In this document: one piece after another, positions 55,402 to 64,000 of the stretch
How the letters are laid out: each line of letters starts with the position of its first letter
Numbering within the stretch: the stretch's first letter is position 1
DNA from: Planctomycetota bacterium
GTDB taxonomy: Bacteria > Planctomycetota > B15-G4 > JADJEK01
Length of the DNA: 64,000 nucleotides
Reading direction: 5' to 3'
NCBI GenBank assembly: GCA_044225365.1
Contig: JBGAIQ010000020.1
Location: 1 to 64,000 of the forward strand
Program-made: the position numbers and the translations under genes
The notes under the pieces: model-generated
Told to the model about the DNA's origin: nothing
The model's database searches: none
Seen by the model: only the letters and a program-made list of their open reading frames with translations

Positions 55402-58032
55402 ATGCTCGACCGCATCCCGACCCGCGTCGTTGGAGCCCTGTTCCTCGTAATCTCTTCCTTCTGTTCAGCGCGCGGGGGCAATCCCGTCAACGAACGCTTG
55501 ACGTTCACAGGAGCGTCCGTCCCCGGCGCAACCGCAGTCACATTCAACAATGGCGTCTACTCGTTCCAGTATTCGGGTGACGAGAATCTGACGTACACGC
55601 TCGACCTGAACGATCCGAAGGTGAAGGGCGGACGGCTCTCCTTCAAGGAACTGACCAGCGATTCGATCCCGCTCGACGGCGCAGGCGTGATCTATCACGA
55701 TCTCGGCGGGTTGTACTGGTTCCCCAACGACCTGTACTCGAAGACCTCACTGGTGGGGCATTACTCGCTCGGCACGGCCGTCGTGATCGACTATTCGCTC
55801 GTGTTCAACGGCGTCCATCCCTATCGCGTGATCGTCGGACTGGTGCAGAAACAGCTCCTCGTTCGGGTGATCGATCCGACCGGGAACCTCTCGAACCTGA
55901 ACAACTTCTCGGGTTTCTACTTCGGCCAGACATCGAAGGTCGAGACCCCGCGCGTGATCCACATGCAGGGCGCGGTCGCCGAGCCGATCGTGTTGTTCCG
56001 CAACGGCAGCCTGCACTTCTTCACGGCGAACATGCTCGACATGTTCCAGAGCAACGCTTCCGACTATGGCATCGTCGACGCATTCCATCCGGAAGCCGGC
56101 GCCGATTGGATCAAGCTCTACTACGACACGATCGCGCAATACAAACCAGGTTCGAACGGCCTGCTCGCCGCGCCGCTCGACGATACGTTCATCGTGATCG
56201 TCACCTCGAAGATCAAGGACGCACTGCTCACCTCGACGGCGCCGCCGAGCCCGTACCACCTCATGCTCTCGACGCGCATGTTCTTCGATGCCCCCGAGAA
56301 GGTCTGGAGCTACTACTCCGGAATGTTCGATCTCTACGAATCCCTCGGGATGAACAACCTCGCCGGTTACTTCTTCAACTGGTCGGCAGGTGGTATCGAT
56401 TCACCCGCGGGCACGAACGTGGGACCCGACTGGGCGCCCGCACTCGATCAGGCCAATTTCCAGGCCATGCTCGCGAAGGGCACATCGAAGGGCGCGCTGC
56501 TCGGCGCTTACTCCTCGTTCAATTGTCTCCCGCCGGGCGCGCCGCCGAGCGTCGCCGATCCCGCGAATCTGGTGAAGGACGCGTTCGGCAATCTGAAGTA
56601 CTACCAGCAACTCGGATTTCCTCTGTTGTCCGTCGAGGCATCTGCAGTGTTCGCGGCCTCGGAGAGTTCGAAGATGCATGCGCTCGGGATGAACGCGGCT
56701 TACCTCGACATCCATACCTACGGGACCATCAGCAAGGGGCCGGACGGCGATCACCTCGATCAGCAGGCCTCGACGCTGTATTCGAAGTCGAATCGCAGGG
56801 CATTCGTCGCGCAGAAGAACTGGTTCGAGAGCCTGCGCTCGACCATGCAGGGTCCGTTGATGGGCGAAGGTTCGATCGCGACGCAGAACACCAACATGGA
56901 GTTCCTGTGGCACGGCTACGTCGATAGCGTCCAGCGCGTCATCAACACGGGCAGTGGTAAGCAGGCCCTCGACATGGCCACGAACTCGCCCGACACTCCG
57001 TCGAACTGGCCGATCATCCCCGAATACGAGTGGCGCGTCGCGGCGAGTCGCCAGGTGAACCACGGCAACGGCTTCTACGAGCGATTCTTCAACGCCGGAG
57101 ACGGCTCCACGATCGTCAATTCCTCGAAGCAGATCATCACGCCGCTGAGCCAGGAAGCGCGCGATCTCTACAACGCGATGGCGATCGTCTACGGCCACGC
57201 GGGCTTCATCGAGACCAATGGCACGCAGACCCCTGGCGCCGAGGGCTACGTCACGCATGCGGCGGCAGCCGACACGTACTTCATGACGAACGCGCTCCAG
57301 GCGTTCTACTTCCTCGTCCCCGTCGCGCAGATCTATTACTACTACCAGGGCTCGTTCAAGACGTTCGAGCAGGTCGTCTTCAAGACCGAGAACACCGACG
57401 CGTTCCGTCACATCCCGATCCTCGTCGTGTTCAAGAACGGAATGCACCTCTACGTCAACAGCGGAGGCGGAGCGCTCTCGGTCACGGAGAACAACGTGAC
57501 CTACTCGCTGCCGGGCAAGACGGGCTGGCTCGCCTACTGTCCCGGCTTCATTACCGCCTTCTCCGCGATCCCGCCGACCACCGGCGGCAAGCGGATCGAC
57601 TACTGCAACGCAACCGGCCAATACGAGTACTTCAACGGCCGCGGTGCGGTGACCGGCTACGGATCGCTGAGCAACCCCAACAAGACGATCCAGTACAAGG
57701 TGTTCTCCTCGAACCTGACCGTGACCCAGGACGCCAGCGGCGACTTGCAGCCCGTCCTCGGAGCTGCACCAACGCTGGTCCAGGTCGATCTGGTCGCGCC
57801 CGAGGTGTCCACCAAGGTCGACGGTCGCCTCGGCGTGCTCGCGATCGGCAGCTACTCGAACAACTCGTTCCGGGACCTGACGACCCTCGTGAAATGGACG
57901 TCGTCGAATCCGCTGGTGGCGACCGTGAACTCGTCGGGCGTCGTGGAGGCGCGCGGGACGGGGATCGTGACGATCGGCGCGACGGCCCCGGGCTCCGTGC
58001 TGGTGAATCCGGTCACGATCACGATTCACTGA
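55402..58032 (+). CDS. Large secreted protein; putative glycoside-hydrolase-like core plus C-terminal Ig-like (Big_2) domain
   Basis: Signal peptide; AAYLD and LMGEG motifs; W-x-SSNP-x-VATV-x-x-x-G-x-V-x-A-x-x-x-G C-terminus. Confidence 0.7.
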   Translation: MLDRIPTRVVGALFLVISSFCSARGGNPVNERLTFTGASVPGATAVTFNNGVYSFQYSGDENLTYTLDLNDPKVKGGRLSFKELTSDSIPLDGAGVIYHDLGGLYWFPNDLYSKTSLVGHYSLGTAVVIDYSLVFNGVHPYRVIVGLVQKQLLVRVIDPTGNLSNLNNFSGFYFGQTSKVETPRVIHMQGAVAEPIVLFRNGSLHFFTANMLDMFQSNASDYGIVDAFHPEAGADWIKLYYDTIAQYKPGSNGLLAAPLDDTFIVIVTSKIKDALLTSTAPPSPYHLMLSTRMFFDAPEKVWSYYSGMFDLYESLGMNNLAGYFFNWSAGGIDSPAGTNVGPDWAPALDQANFQAMLAKGTSKGALLGAYSSFNCLPPGAPPSVADPANLVKDAFGNLKYYQQLGFPLLSVEASAVFAASESSKMHALGMNAAYLDIHTYGTISKGPDGDHLDQQASTLYSKSNRRAFVAQKNWFESLRSTMQGPLMGEGSIATQNTNMEFLWHGYVDSVQRVINTGSGKQALDMATNSPDTPSNWPIIPEYEWRVAASRQVNHGNGFYERFFNAGDGSTIVNSSKQIITPLSQEARDLYNAMAIVYGHAGFIETNGTQTPGAEGYVTHAAAADTYFMTNALQAFYFLVPVAQIYYYYQGSFKTFEQVVFKTENTDAFRHIPILVVFKNGMHLYVNSGGGALSVTENNVTYSLPGKTGWLAYCPGFITAFSAIPPTTGGKRIDYCNATGQYEYFNGRGAVTGYGSLSNPNKTIQYKVFSSNLTVTQDASGDLQPVLGAAPTLVQVDLVAPEVSTKVDGRLGVLAIGSYSNNSFRDLTTLVKWTSSNPLVATVNSSGVVEARGTGIVTIGATAPGSVLVNPVTITIH

Positions 58033-58110
58033 GCACGATCTCGATCCATCGAGTAGTTCGACGACGATCGCGGGATCTCGCACGCCGGGCTCCCGCGATC
58101 GCGCGTCGTA

Positions 58111-61086
58111 TCACCGAGGATCGACGGCGCGGGCGAATCGCACGCCAATGTAGTCCGCGGCGAAGCGCGGTGGGGCGTAGTCACGATGCGAGCAGCGAGA
58201 ATGGCGGGGCAGGCCGTCGAAGCATCCACCGCGGTAGACGCGGTCGCCCGCGAACAGCACCTTGCGCTCGGCGTCACCGGCGGCGACTTCGCCGCCGTAC
58301 CCCGTGTAGGTGTCGCGGCACCACTCCCGGACGTTGCCGACGATGTGATGCATTCCGAACGGATTGGGAAGCAGGGCGTCGACTCGTGCGTGACCGGCGA
58401 ATCCGTCGTTCAGGGCCGTGTCGCAGGTGATCGACGCTTGAACCGCATGGGCTTCGAGGAACGCATCGGCGAGGTTGGCGTAGCCGCTCAACGACGCGAC
58501 GTCCTTTCCGGTGAAGAACGGCGTGGTCGTCCCGCCGCGACACGCGTATTCCCATTGAGCCTCGGTGGGGATCACGATTCCCATTCCGAGGCGTGCCACG
58601 AGGTCGGCGCACTCTTCGAAGCTCACCGTTTCCACCGGGTGGAGGCCGTCGACCGGCTCGCTGTCGATGTAGTTGCGACCGGGTTTGTAGTGGCTCGGCT
58701 CCGCGCCAGTGAGGCGTCGCCACTGCGCCTGGGAGGTCTCGTACTTCGAGACGAAGTACGGCGCGAGCGTGATGCGCTGCGGCGGACCCTCGGGTGGATC
58801 GGCGTCCGGATCGAAGTTCGGCTGCCGCGGGTCCGCGCTCTGCGCGCCCATCGTGAACTCACCACCCGGCAACAACACGAAGACGAAGCTGGAAGCCTCC
58901 GTGACGATGAGCTTGCCGCCTGCGTCCCTTGAAGGGACCTCGCCGCTCTGGAGGTGTGCGAACTCCTGCAGTCCGCTCTTCTCGTCCTTGCCGAGCGGGA
59001 CGAGTCCGAGTTGCGGTGCGAGGGAGAGTCCGCGGTAGGCGGGCGTCGCGCGGATCTCGTTCGCCGCCCGCGTCCACGCGGCGTCGACCTTCGGGTCGCT
59101 TCGAGAGCGCTGCGTCACACTGCGAGCGAAGGCGAGGCGATGCTGCATGCTCGCAACGGTGGGTTGGTACTCGTTCGCGAATTCCAGCGCATCGAGCGAG
59201 CCGAGGAGCAATGCGGCCTGCTCGCAGAAGAAGACTGCATCCGGGTCGGCGCCGAAGGCGCTCGCCGTCTCCGCCTCGATCGCGGCGACCGACGCGCGCA
59301 ATTCCGCGAGTGCGCGTTCGACGGCCTGCTCGGCCTGCCGCGGGTCGCCGCCGCTCGACGCGATGCGATCACGTTCCGCACTCCGCACCTGACGTACGAC
59401 GCGATCGAACTCCGCGCCACGCGCGATTCCGTCGTGGATCGCGCGGGTCCGGAACTCGTCGAGTTTGCCTTCATACTCCGGACGGGCTTTCAACGCCTCG
59501 ATCGCACGCACGAGCCAGGCCTCGATCGGCGAAACGTGAGAGGGGTCGGCCGGCCAGCATTTCTTCGGGTCGTTCCAGTCCTTGCGCAGATCGCCGAGAT
59601 GAACGGCGCGGAGCAGCCACGACGCTCGCTGTCGTTCGAGGTCCGCGACGCGCGCGCTGCGGATCGCCGCATTGCGTTCGTCGTGGATCCGCAGGTACGA
59701 CCAGCCGAGGAGTACGGCGATCGTGACCGCGGCGGCCGCGGTCGTCACGGCGAGTGCCTGATTCCGGTGGATCCACTTGCGCAATTCGGCGAGCAGGCCG
59801 CTCTCGTAGGCCGCGACGACGCGGTGCTCCACGTGGGCTCGCAGATCCGAAGCGAGCTCGAGCATCGACGGATAGCGCAGATGCGTCTCGCGCCGCATCG
59901 CCTTCTCGCAGATTGCCACCAGCTCGGGGCGGGCTTCCGGGTTCTGCGCGAGGATCGGTGGGGGCGGACCCTGCGCGAGGGCGCCGAGGATCTCGTACGC
60001 CGAGGGCCGCGGACTGCCCGTCGAGAGCGCGCCGCTATAGGGGGCTTCCCCAGTGAGGAGGTGATAGAGCATCGCGCCCACGGCGTAGACGTCGCTCCAC
60101 GGACCGAGACGATCGAGTTCACCCGCCGCCTGTTCGGGCGGCATGTACGACGGCGTGCCGATGACGTCGCCGTCCATGGTGACGAGAGGAGTGACGATCG
60201 GCGAATCGGAGTCGTCGTTCTTCGATTCGTCAGCGTGCTTCCTAACGCGGGGCCGGATGCGTAAATCGTGGTGATCGGGCTCGATCGCGCCGTGCACGCG
60301 CGCGAGGCCCCAGTCCATCACGTACACCTCGCCGTAGCGACCGACCATCACGTTGCCGGGTTTGAGATCGCGATGGATCACGTTCTTCGCGTGCGCGTAG
60401 CTCATCGCGTCGCAGACCTTCAGCAGCACGCCGACCGCGCGGTCGACGGTCCAGCCGTCCTCCTTCTTCTTCACGAGTTCGAAGACCCGACGCAGGTCGT
60501 CGCCCTTCACGAGCTTCATGGTGAAGTACACGCTGCCGCGATCGTCGACGCCGATCTCATGCACCGGGACGATGTTCGGATGGTCGAGCTGAGAAGTGAC
60601 CTGCGCTTCCTCGAGGAAGCGTCCGAGCGTCTTCTCGTCGTGCGATGCGCCGCTCGAGGGGGGACGATTCGGCGAGTTCTTGCCGCTCGCGCCGCGCTGC
60701 GGGTCGCGCAGGACCTTGAGCGCGAGGTTGCGCTTGGCGTCGACGTCGTAGACCCGATAGACGATGCCCATTCCGCCGCGGCCCACCTCGCCTTCGAATT
60801 CGTAGCGCCGATATGCGGGACCGCGCGAGCGCAACTGATCGATGAAGCGCTTCCAGGTTCCCGCGGGGCTCGAGATGTCGGCGGTCGATGGGCAATGCGA
60901 ACTCGAGTCCGCGCGTGAGGCCGACCACAGTTCGAATCGCTCGCGCAGTTCGCCCTCGAGATGCGGTCGCGAGCGACAGAGTTCCTCGATGTCGATCGTC
61001 TCGCCGTCCTGGAGACGTTCGAGGATCGTCGAGAATTCGCGATCGGCTTCACCGTCGCGATCCGCGGGCGGGGTCTTTTCGGTCAC
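58111..61086 (-). CDS. Ser/Thr protein kinase, one TM, fused to an FGE/sulfatase-modifying-factor-like domain
   Basis: GRGGMG-x-VY, ALK, HRDLKPGN, DWGLA, GTPSYM; F-x-MG, PTEAQWEYACR, PNPFG, GNVREWC, RGG. Confidence 0.93.
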   Translation of the reverse strand: MTEKTPPADRDGEADREFSTILERLQDGETIDIEELCRSRPHLEGELRERFELWSASRADSSSHCPSTADISSPAGTWKRFIDQLRSRGPAYRRYEFEGEVGRGGMGIVYRVYDVDAKRNLALKVLRDPQRGASGKNSPNRPPSSGASHDEKTLGRFLEEAQVTSQLDHPNIVPVHEIGVDDRGSVYFTMKLVKGDDLRRVFELVKKKEDGWTVDRAVGVLLKVCDAMSYAHAKNVIHRDLKPGNVMVGRYGEVYVMDWGLARVHGAIEPDHHDLRIRPRVRKHADESKNDDSDSPIVTPLVTMDGDVIGTPSYMPPEQAAGELDRLGPWSDVYAVGAMLYHLLTGEAPYSGALSTGSPRPSAYEILGALAQGPPPPILAQNPEARPELVAICEKAMRRETHLRYPSMLELASDLRAHVEHRVVAAYESGLLAELRKWIHRNQALAVTTAAAAVTIAVLLGWSYLRIHDERNAAIRSARVADLERQRASWLLRAVHLGDLRKDWNDPKKCWPADPSHVSPIEAWLVRAIEALKARPEYEGKLDEFRTRAIHDGIARGAEFDRVVRQVRSAERDRIASSGGDPRQAEQAVERALAELRASVAAIEAETASAFGADPDAVFFCEQAALLLGSLDALEFANEYQPTVASMQHRLAFARSVTQRSRSDPKVDAAWTRAANEIRATPAYRGLSLAPQLGLVPLGKDEKSGLQEFAHLQSGEVPSRDAGGKLIVTEASSFVFVLLPGGEFTMGAQSADPRQPNFDPDADPPEGPPQRITLAPYFVSKYETSQAQWRRLTGAEPSHYKPGRNYIDSEPVDGLHPVETVSFEECADLVARLGMGIVIPTEAQWEYACRGGTTTPFFTGKDVASLSGYANLADAFLEAHAVQASITCDTALNDGFAGHARVDALLPNPFGMHHIVGNVREWCRDTYTGYGGEVAAGDAERKVLFAGDRVYRGGCFDGLPRHSRCSHRDYAPPRFAADYIGVRFARAVDPR

Positions 61087-61164
61087 GAGAGGGTCGGAGT
61101 GAGAATCGTCACGATTCGGGTGCCGATTCTACGCGCGACGCGTGGCGGATGTGCAGTGCGGGCG

Positions 61165-63204
61165 TCAGCGGGCGGCGAACTTCTTGGCGGCGGAATCGAG
61201 CTTGGCGATGAACTCTGCGCGCATCTCCGGCGTACTCGCGTAGCCTGGATAGACCTCGAGGGTCTCTTCGTTCTTCGGATCGAGGACCGCGTAGTACGGC
61301 TGCGCCGAGGCCCGGAACCGCGTGAGCTGCAGCTCCTTGTTGAAGTCCTTCTCGGGCCCCTTGTCGACGTAGAGCTGGACCCGGACGAACTGCTCGAGGC
61401 GCTGCCTCACCTCGGGCAAGGGGAAGACTCGCTCTTCCATCGCGCGGCAGTTCACACAGGTGATTCCGGTGAAGTCGATGAAGAGCGGCTTGTTCTGCTG
61501 CTTCGCGAGCGCGAGGCCCTCCTTGTAGGAAGGAAGGAACGCGAGCCGTTCCTCGCCGCCGCCCGAACTCGCGCCGCCCTTGGCGACCATTCCGTACTCC
61601 GAGGGCGGGAGCAGGCCTTCGATCGTGTCGCCGAAGCGCGTGCCGAGGAAGCCGGTCGCGAGATAGAGCGTGGTCGATCCGAAGAGCAGAGCGAGCACCA
61701 TGCGGTAGGGGCCGATCGGCTCCTCGTTCAGGTCGTAGCCGACCTTGAGACGGCCGAGCAGATAGAGCGTGACGACGAGGCCGATCACGACCCATGCCGA
61801 CAGGTACGCGGGTCGCGTCAGGATCTCGAGATTCCACACGAGGTCCGCGTTCGACATGAACTTCAACGCGAACGCGAACTCGACGAGACCCATCACGATC
61901 TTCGCGGAGTTCATCCAATTCCCGGCGCTCGGCAGCGAACTCATGAGCCCGGGGGAGAGCGCGAGGAGGAAGAACGGCAAGGCGAACGTGCTCGAGAACG
62001 CGAGCATGCCGAGCAGGGGCCAGGTGTACTCACCCGTCGCGGCCTGGACCAGGAGACCGCCGACGAACGGCACCGTGCAAGTGAACGACGTCAAGGTGAA
62101 CACGATCGCCATCAGGACGACCTGCGCAACGCCCGTCGCCTTGTCCTGCGCCGCGGCGGCCTTGTTGATGAGGAACGACGGCAGGCGCAGTTCGAAGGCG
62201 CCGAGCAGCGAGAGCGCGAACACGACGAAGAGTGCGCCGAGCACCAGGTTGATCCACGGATTGCTGCCGATCGTGTTGGCGCCGCCCGCGCCGCCGATGA
62301 TCGAGCACAACACCCCGATCGCCGTGAACACGACGATGATCGATATGCCGTAGATCGCCGCGAGCCTCACCTGACTACCACGGCTCCCTGCGGCTTGCTT
62401 CGTGAACACCGAGACCGTGATCGGGATCATCGGAAACACGCATGGCATCAGCAGCGAGATGAGCCCCGCGCCGATCGCCGTCAGCAGGAAGGCGAACAGC
62501 GATGAGTTCGCCGGAGTCTTCGGCAACGCGAGCGAATCCGTCGTATTTGGAACCGCGGTGGGATCGGCGCCGGCGCCGGCCGTGGCCTCCGATCCGCCTG
62601 CGGATCCGCTACCGGTGCCATTCGCGGCTCCGGCCTGCGTGCCGTTCGCGTTCTCGGCAGCGGCGTCGGGCTTCGCGGTTGCGGTCACGTCCGTTGCGCT
62701 CGGATCCGCCGTCACGTCGAGTTCGAGCGGAATGTCGAAGTTGTCGCACGAGTTGTTGTCACAGGCCTGACCGCTCAGCGTCCCCTGGAAGTCGAGCTTG
62801 CTCTTGGCGTCGGCGGGCAGCCGTATCGGCTGTTCGATCTTGAATCGCCCGGTGAGCTCGTGGAACGTCTCCCCGAGATCCTGGTCGACATGGACCTTCG
62901 GTGTGGGATGGACGAGTGCGCCATCGAGCTTGAACTTCGAATCCTCGGGCAGCTTCACCTCGAGCTTGAGCGCGAACGACGATGGAGTCGACGGCGCGTA
63001 GGCGTGGTACCCCGGCATCACCTCGAAGTCGATGACGACCTTCGCCGATCCACCGGGCGCGGCCTTCTCGGGCTCGATCTTCGCCGAGTGCATCTTCACG
63101 CGATTCGTCAGCGGGGAGAGCTTGGGAGTCGCCGCGAACGCGCCGCTTGCCGTGACGAGCGCGAAGGCGACGGCGAGCCATCGAAGGGTTCCCGGGAATC
63201 GCAT
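61165..63204 (-). CDS. dsbD: Thiol:disulfide interchange protein DsbD family
   Basis: N-domain QACDNNSC; TM PCVFPMIP and FTCT; thioredoxin TGITCVNC. Confidence 0.9.
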   Translation of the reverse strand: MRFPGTLRWLAVAFALVTASGAFAATPKLSPLTNRVKMHSAKIEPEKAAPGGSAKVVIDFEVMPGYHAYAPSTPSSFALKLEVKLPEDSKFKLDGALVHPTPKVHVDQDLGETFHELTGRFKIEQPIRLPADAKSKLDFQGTLSGQACDNNSCDNFDIPLELDVTADPSATDVTATAKPDAAAENANGTQAGAANGTGSGSAGGSEATAGAGADPTAVPNTTDSLALPKTPANSSLFAFLLTAIGAGLISLLMPCVFPMIPITVSVFTKQAAGSRGSQVRLAAIYGISIIVVFTAIGVLCSIIGGAGGANTIGSNPWINLVLGALFVVFALSLLGAFELRLPSFLINKAAAAQDKATGVAQVVLMAIVFTLTSFTCTVPFVGGLLVQAATGEYTWPLLGMLAFSSTFALPFFLLALSPGLMSSLPSAGNWMNSAKIVMGLVEFAFALKFMSNADLVWNLEILTRPAYLSAWVVIGLVVTLYLLGRLKVGYDLNEEPIGPYRMVLALLFGSTTLYLATGFLGTRFGDTIEGLLPPSEYGMVAKGGASSGGGEERLAFLPSYKEGLALAKQQNKPLFIDFTGITCVNCRAMEERVFPLPEVRQRLEQFVRVQLYVDKGPEKDFNKELQLTRFRASAQPYYAVLDPKNEETLEVYPGYASTPEMRAEFIAKLDSAAKKFAAR

Positions 63205-63636
63205 GAATCGCTGTCTCCAAGTGGAATCGAATGCCAGGGCATCCGCGAAACGCGAACGGAGCGTCGTTCTGTGAGTTCCGCCCGCGGTCGCGAGTGAACT
63301 CGACATGATACGCGGGTTCCAATTCGCCGATCCCGCATGAATTCCGGGCGTGGATCCAAAGTGCGGGATTTCGATGCGGGAGAAGGGGTGCGGTTCGACC
63401 CGAATCGGGAAATCGCACCGGCCGTTCGATCGCCGCGAGGGAGCTCGATACGGTTACTCTCCGCGACGGATACGATAGGGGATTCATCACTCGGATTTCC
63501 TCGCTCGTCCCGCATCCTGTCGTAGCGTGGCGACTCCATGTGGGGCGACCGGCCTGAATCACTCGATCGGGAAACAGGCCGTCGTGACAACCCGAACGTC
63601 ACGAAACCCACCCAGACCACGCATCGAGAGGGAAAG

Positions 63637-64000
63637 ATGAGTCTTGCATTCGCTTGGCGCGCACGATCCTTCGAGGGCGCTTCCGCCCTGGCACTGGTCG
63701 CTGCGCTCGTACTCGCATCGGATGGAATCGCAGGGAATCGTTCGAACTTCCTCCAGCTCACGAACGGCGTCGATTTCTCGTACGGTGGCTTCTACAACCC
63801 GATCTTCCCTCAGGGGACGATGGGGGTCTGGCGGTGCTACCCGAGCGAGCTCTTGCACTCGCCGACCCGGACCGTCGATCCCGCGGGAACCGTTCCCGCG
63901 GGCACCTACGCGACGAAGATCACGGCTCTCCATTTCACGACCCTCGCGAGCGGGGTCACACCGCCGTCGTGGCCGACGATCGTCCTCTCGTCGAGCGATG
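63637..64000 (+). CDS. Partial hypothetical secreted protein (runs off the window)
   Basis: GAGGGA SD, ATG, hydrophobic leader, open to the window end (MSLAFAW...QLTNGVDFSYGGFYNP...). Confidence 0.65.
   Translation, partial: MSLAFAWRARSFEGASALALVAALVLASDGIAGNRSNFLQLTNGVDFSYGGFYNPIFPQGTMGVWRCYPSELLHSPTRTVDPAGTVPAGTYATKITALHFTTLASGVTPPSWPTIVLSSSD

Overview
High-GC bacterial window, most likely Planctomycetota. This is inferred from the EF-Tu [14 protein letters not shown] switch-I loop, the Rpo[19 protein letters not shown] region, and the FG-GAP and kinase-FGE secreted/membrane protein types. The core (17.9-49.1 kb) is the translation/transcription supercluster: tRNA-Thr/Tyr/Gly, tuf, secE-nusG-rplKAJL-rpoBC, rpsLG-fusA, and the S10, spc and alpha operons. 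rpmG, rpmD, adk, map and rpsD are absent from their usual positions. The left arm carries an MCE (MlaEFD-like) transporter led by an unusual repeat-rich aromatic lipoprotein, plus dtd, HU, a GT2, a CBS-CGL pair (CGL probably starts at CTG), an FG-GAP protein, an Smr-less MutS2, a receiver protein and aroC. The right arm carries a C39-like peptidase fused to a Gly-rich 11-mer amphipathic tail, two coupled ATP-grasp enzymes, a large secreted putative glycosidase, a Ser/Thr kinase-FGE fusion and DsbD. At least three families of small palindromic repeats occupy intergenic spaces. One is a ~60-nt bulged hairpin showing compensatory changes between copies; another is a GTAG-REP family that invades the core operons and supplies the rpoB stop codon. 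No CRISPR array, rRNA or transposase was seen. All calls come from reading motifs by eye; no database searches were run.
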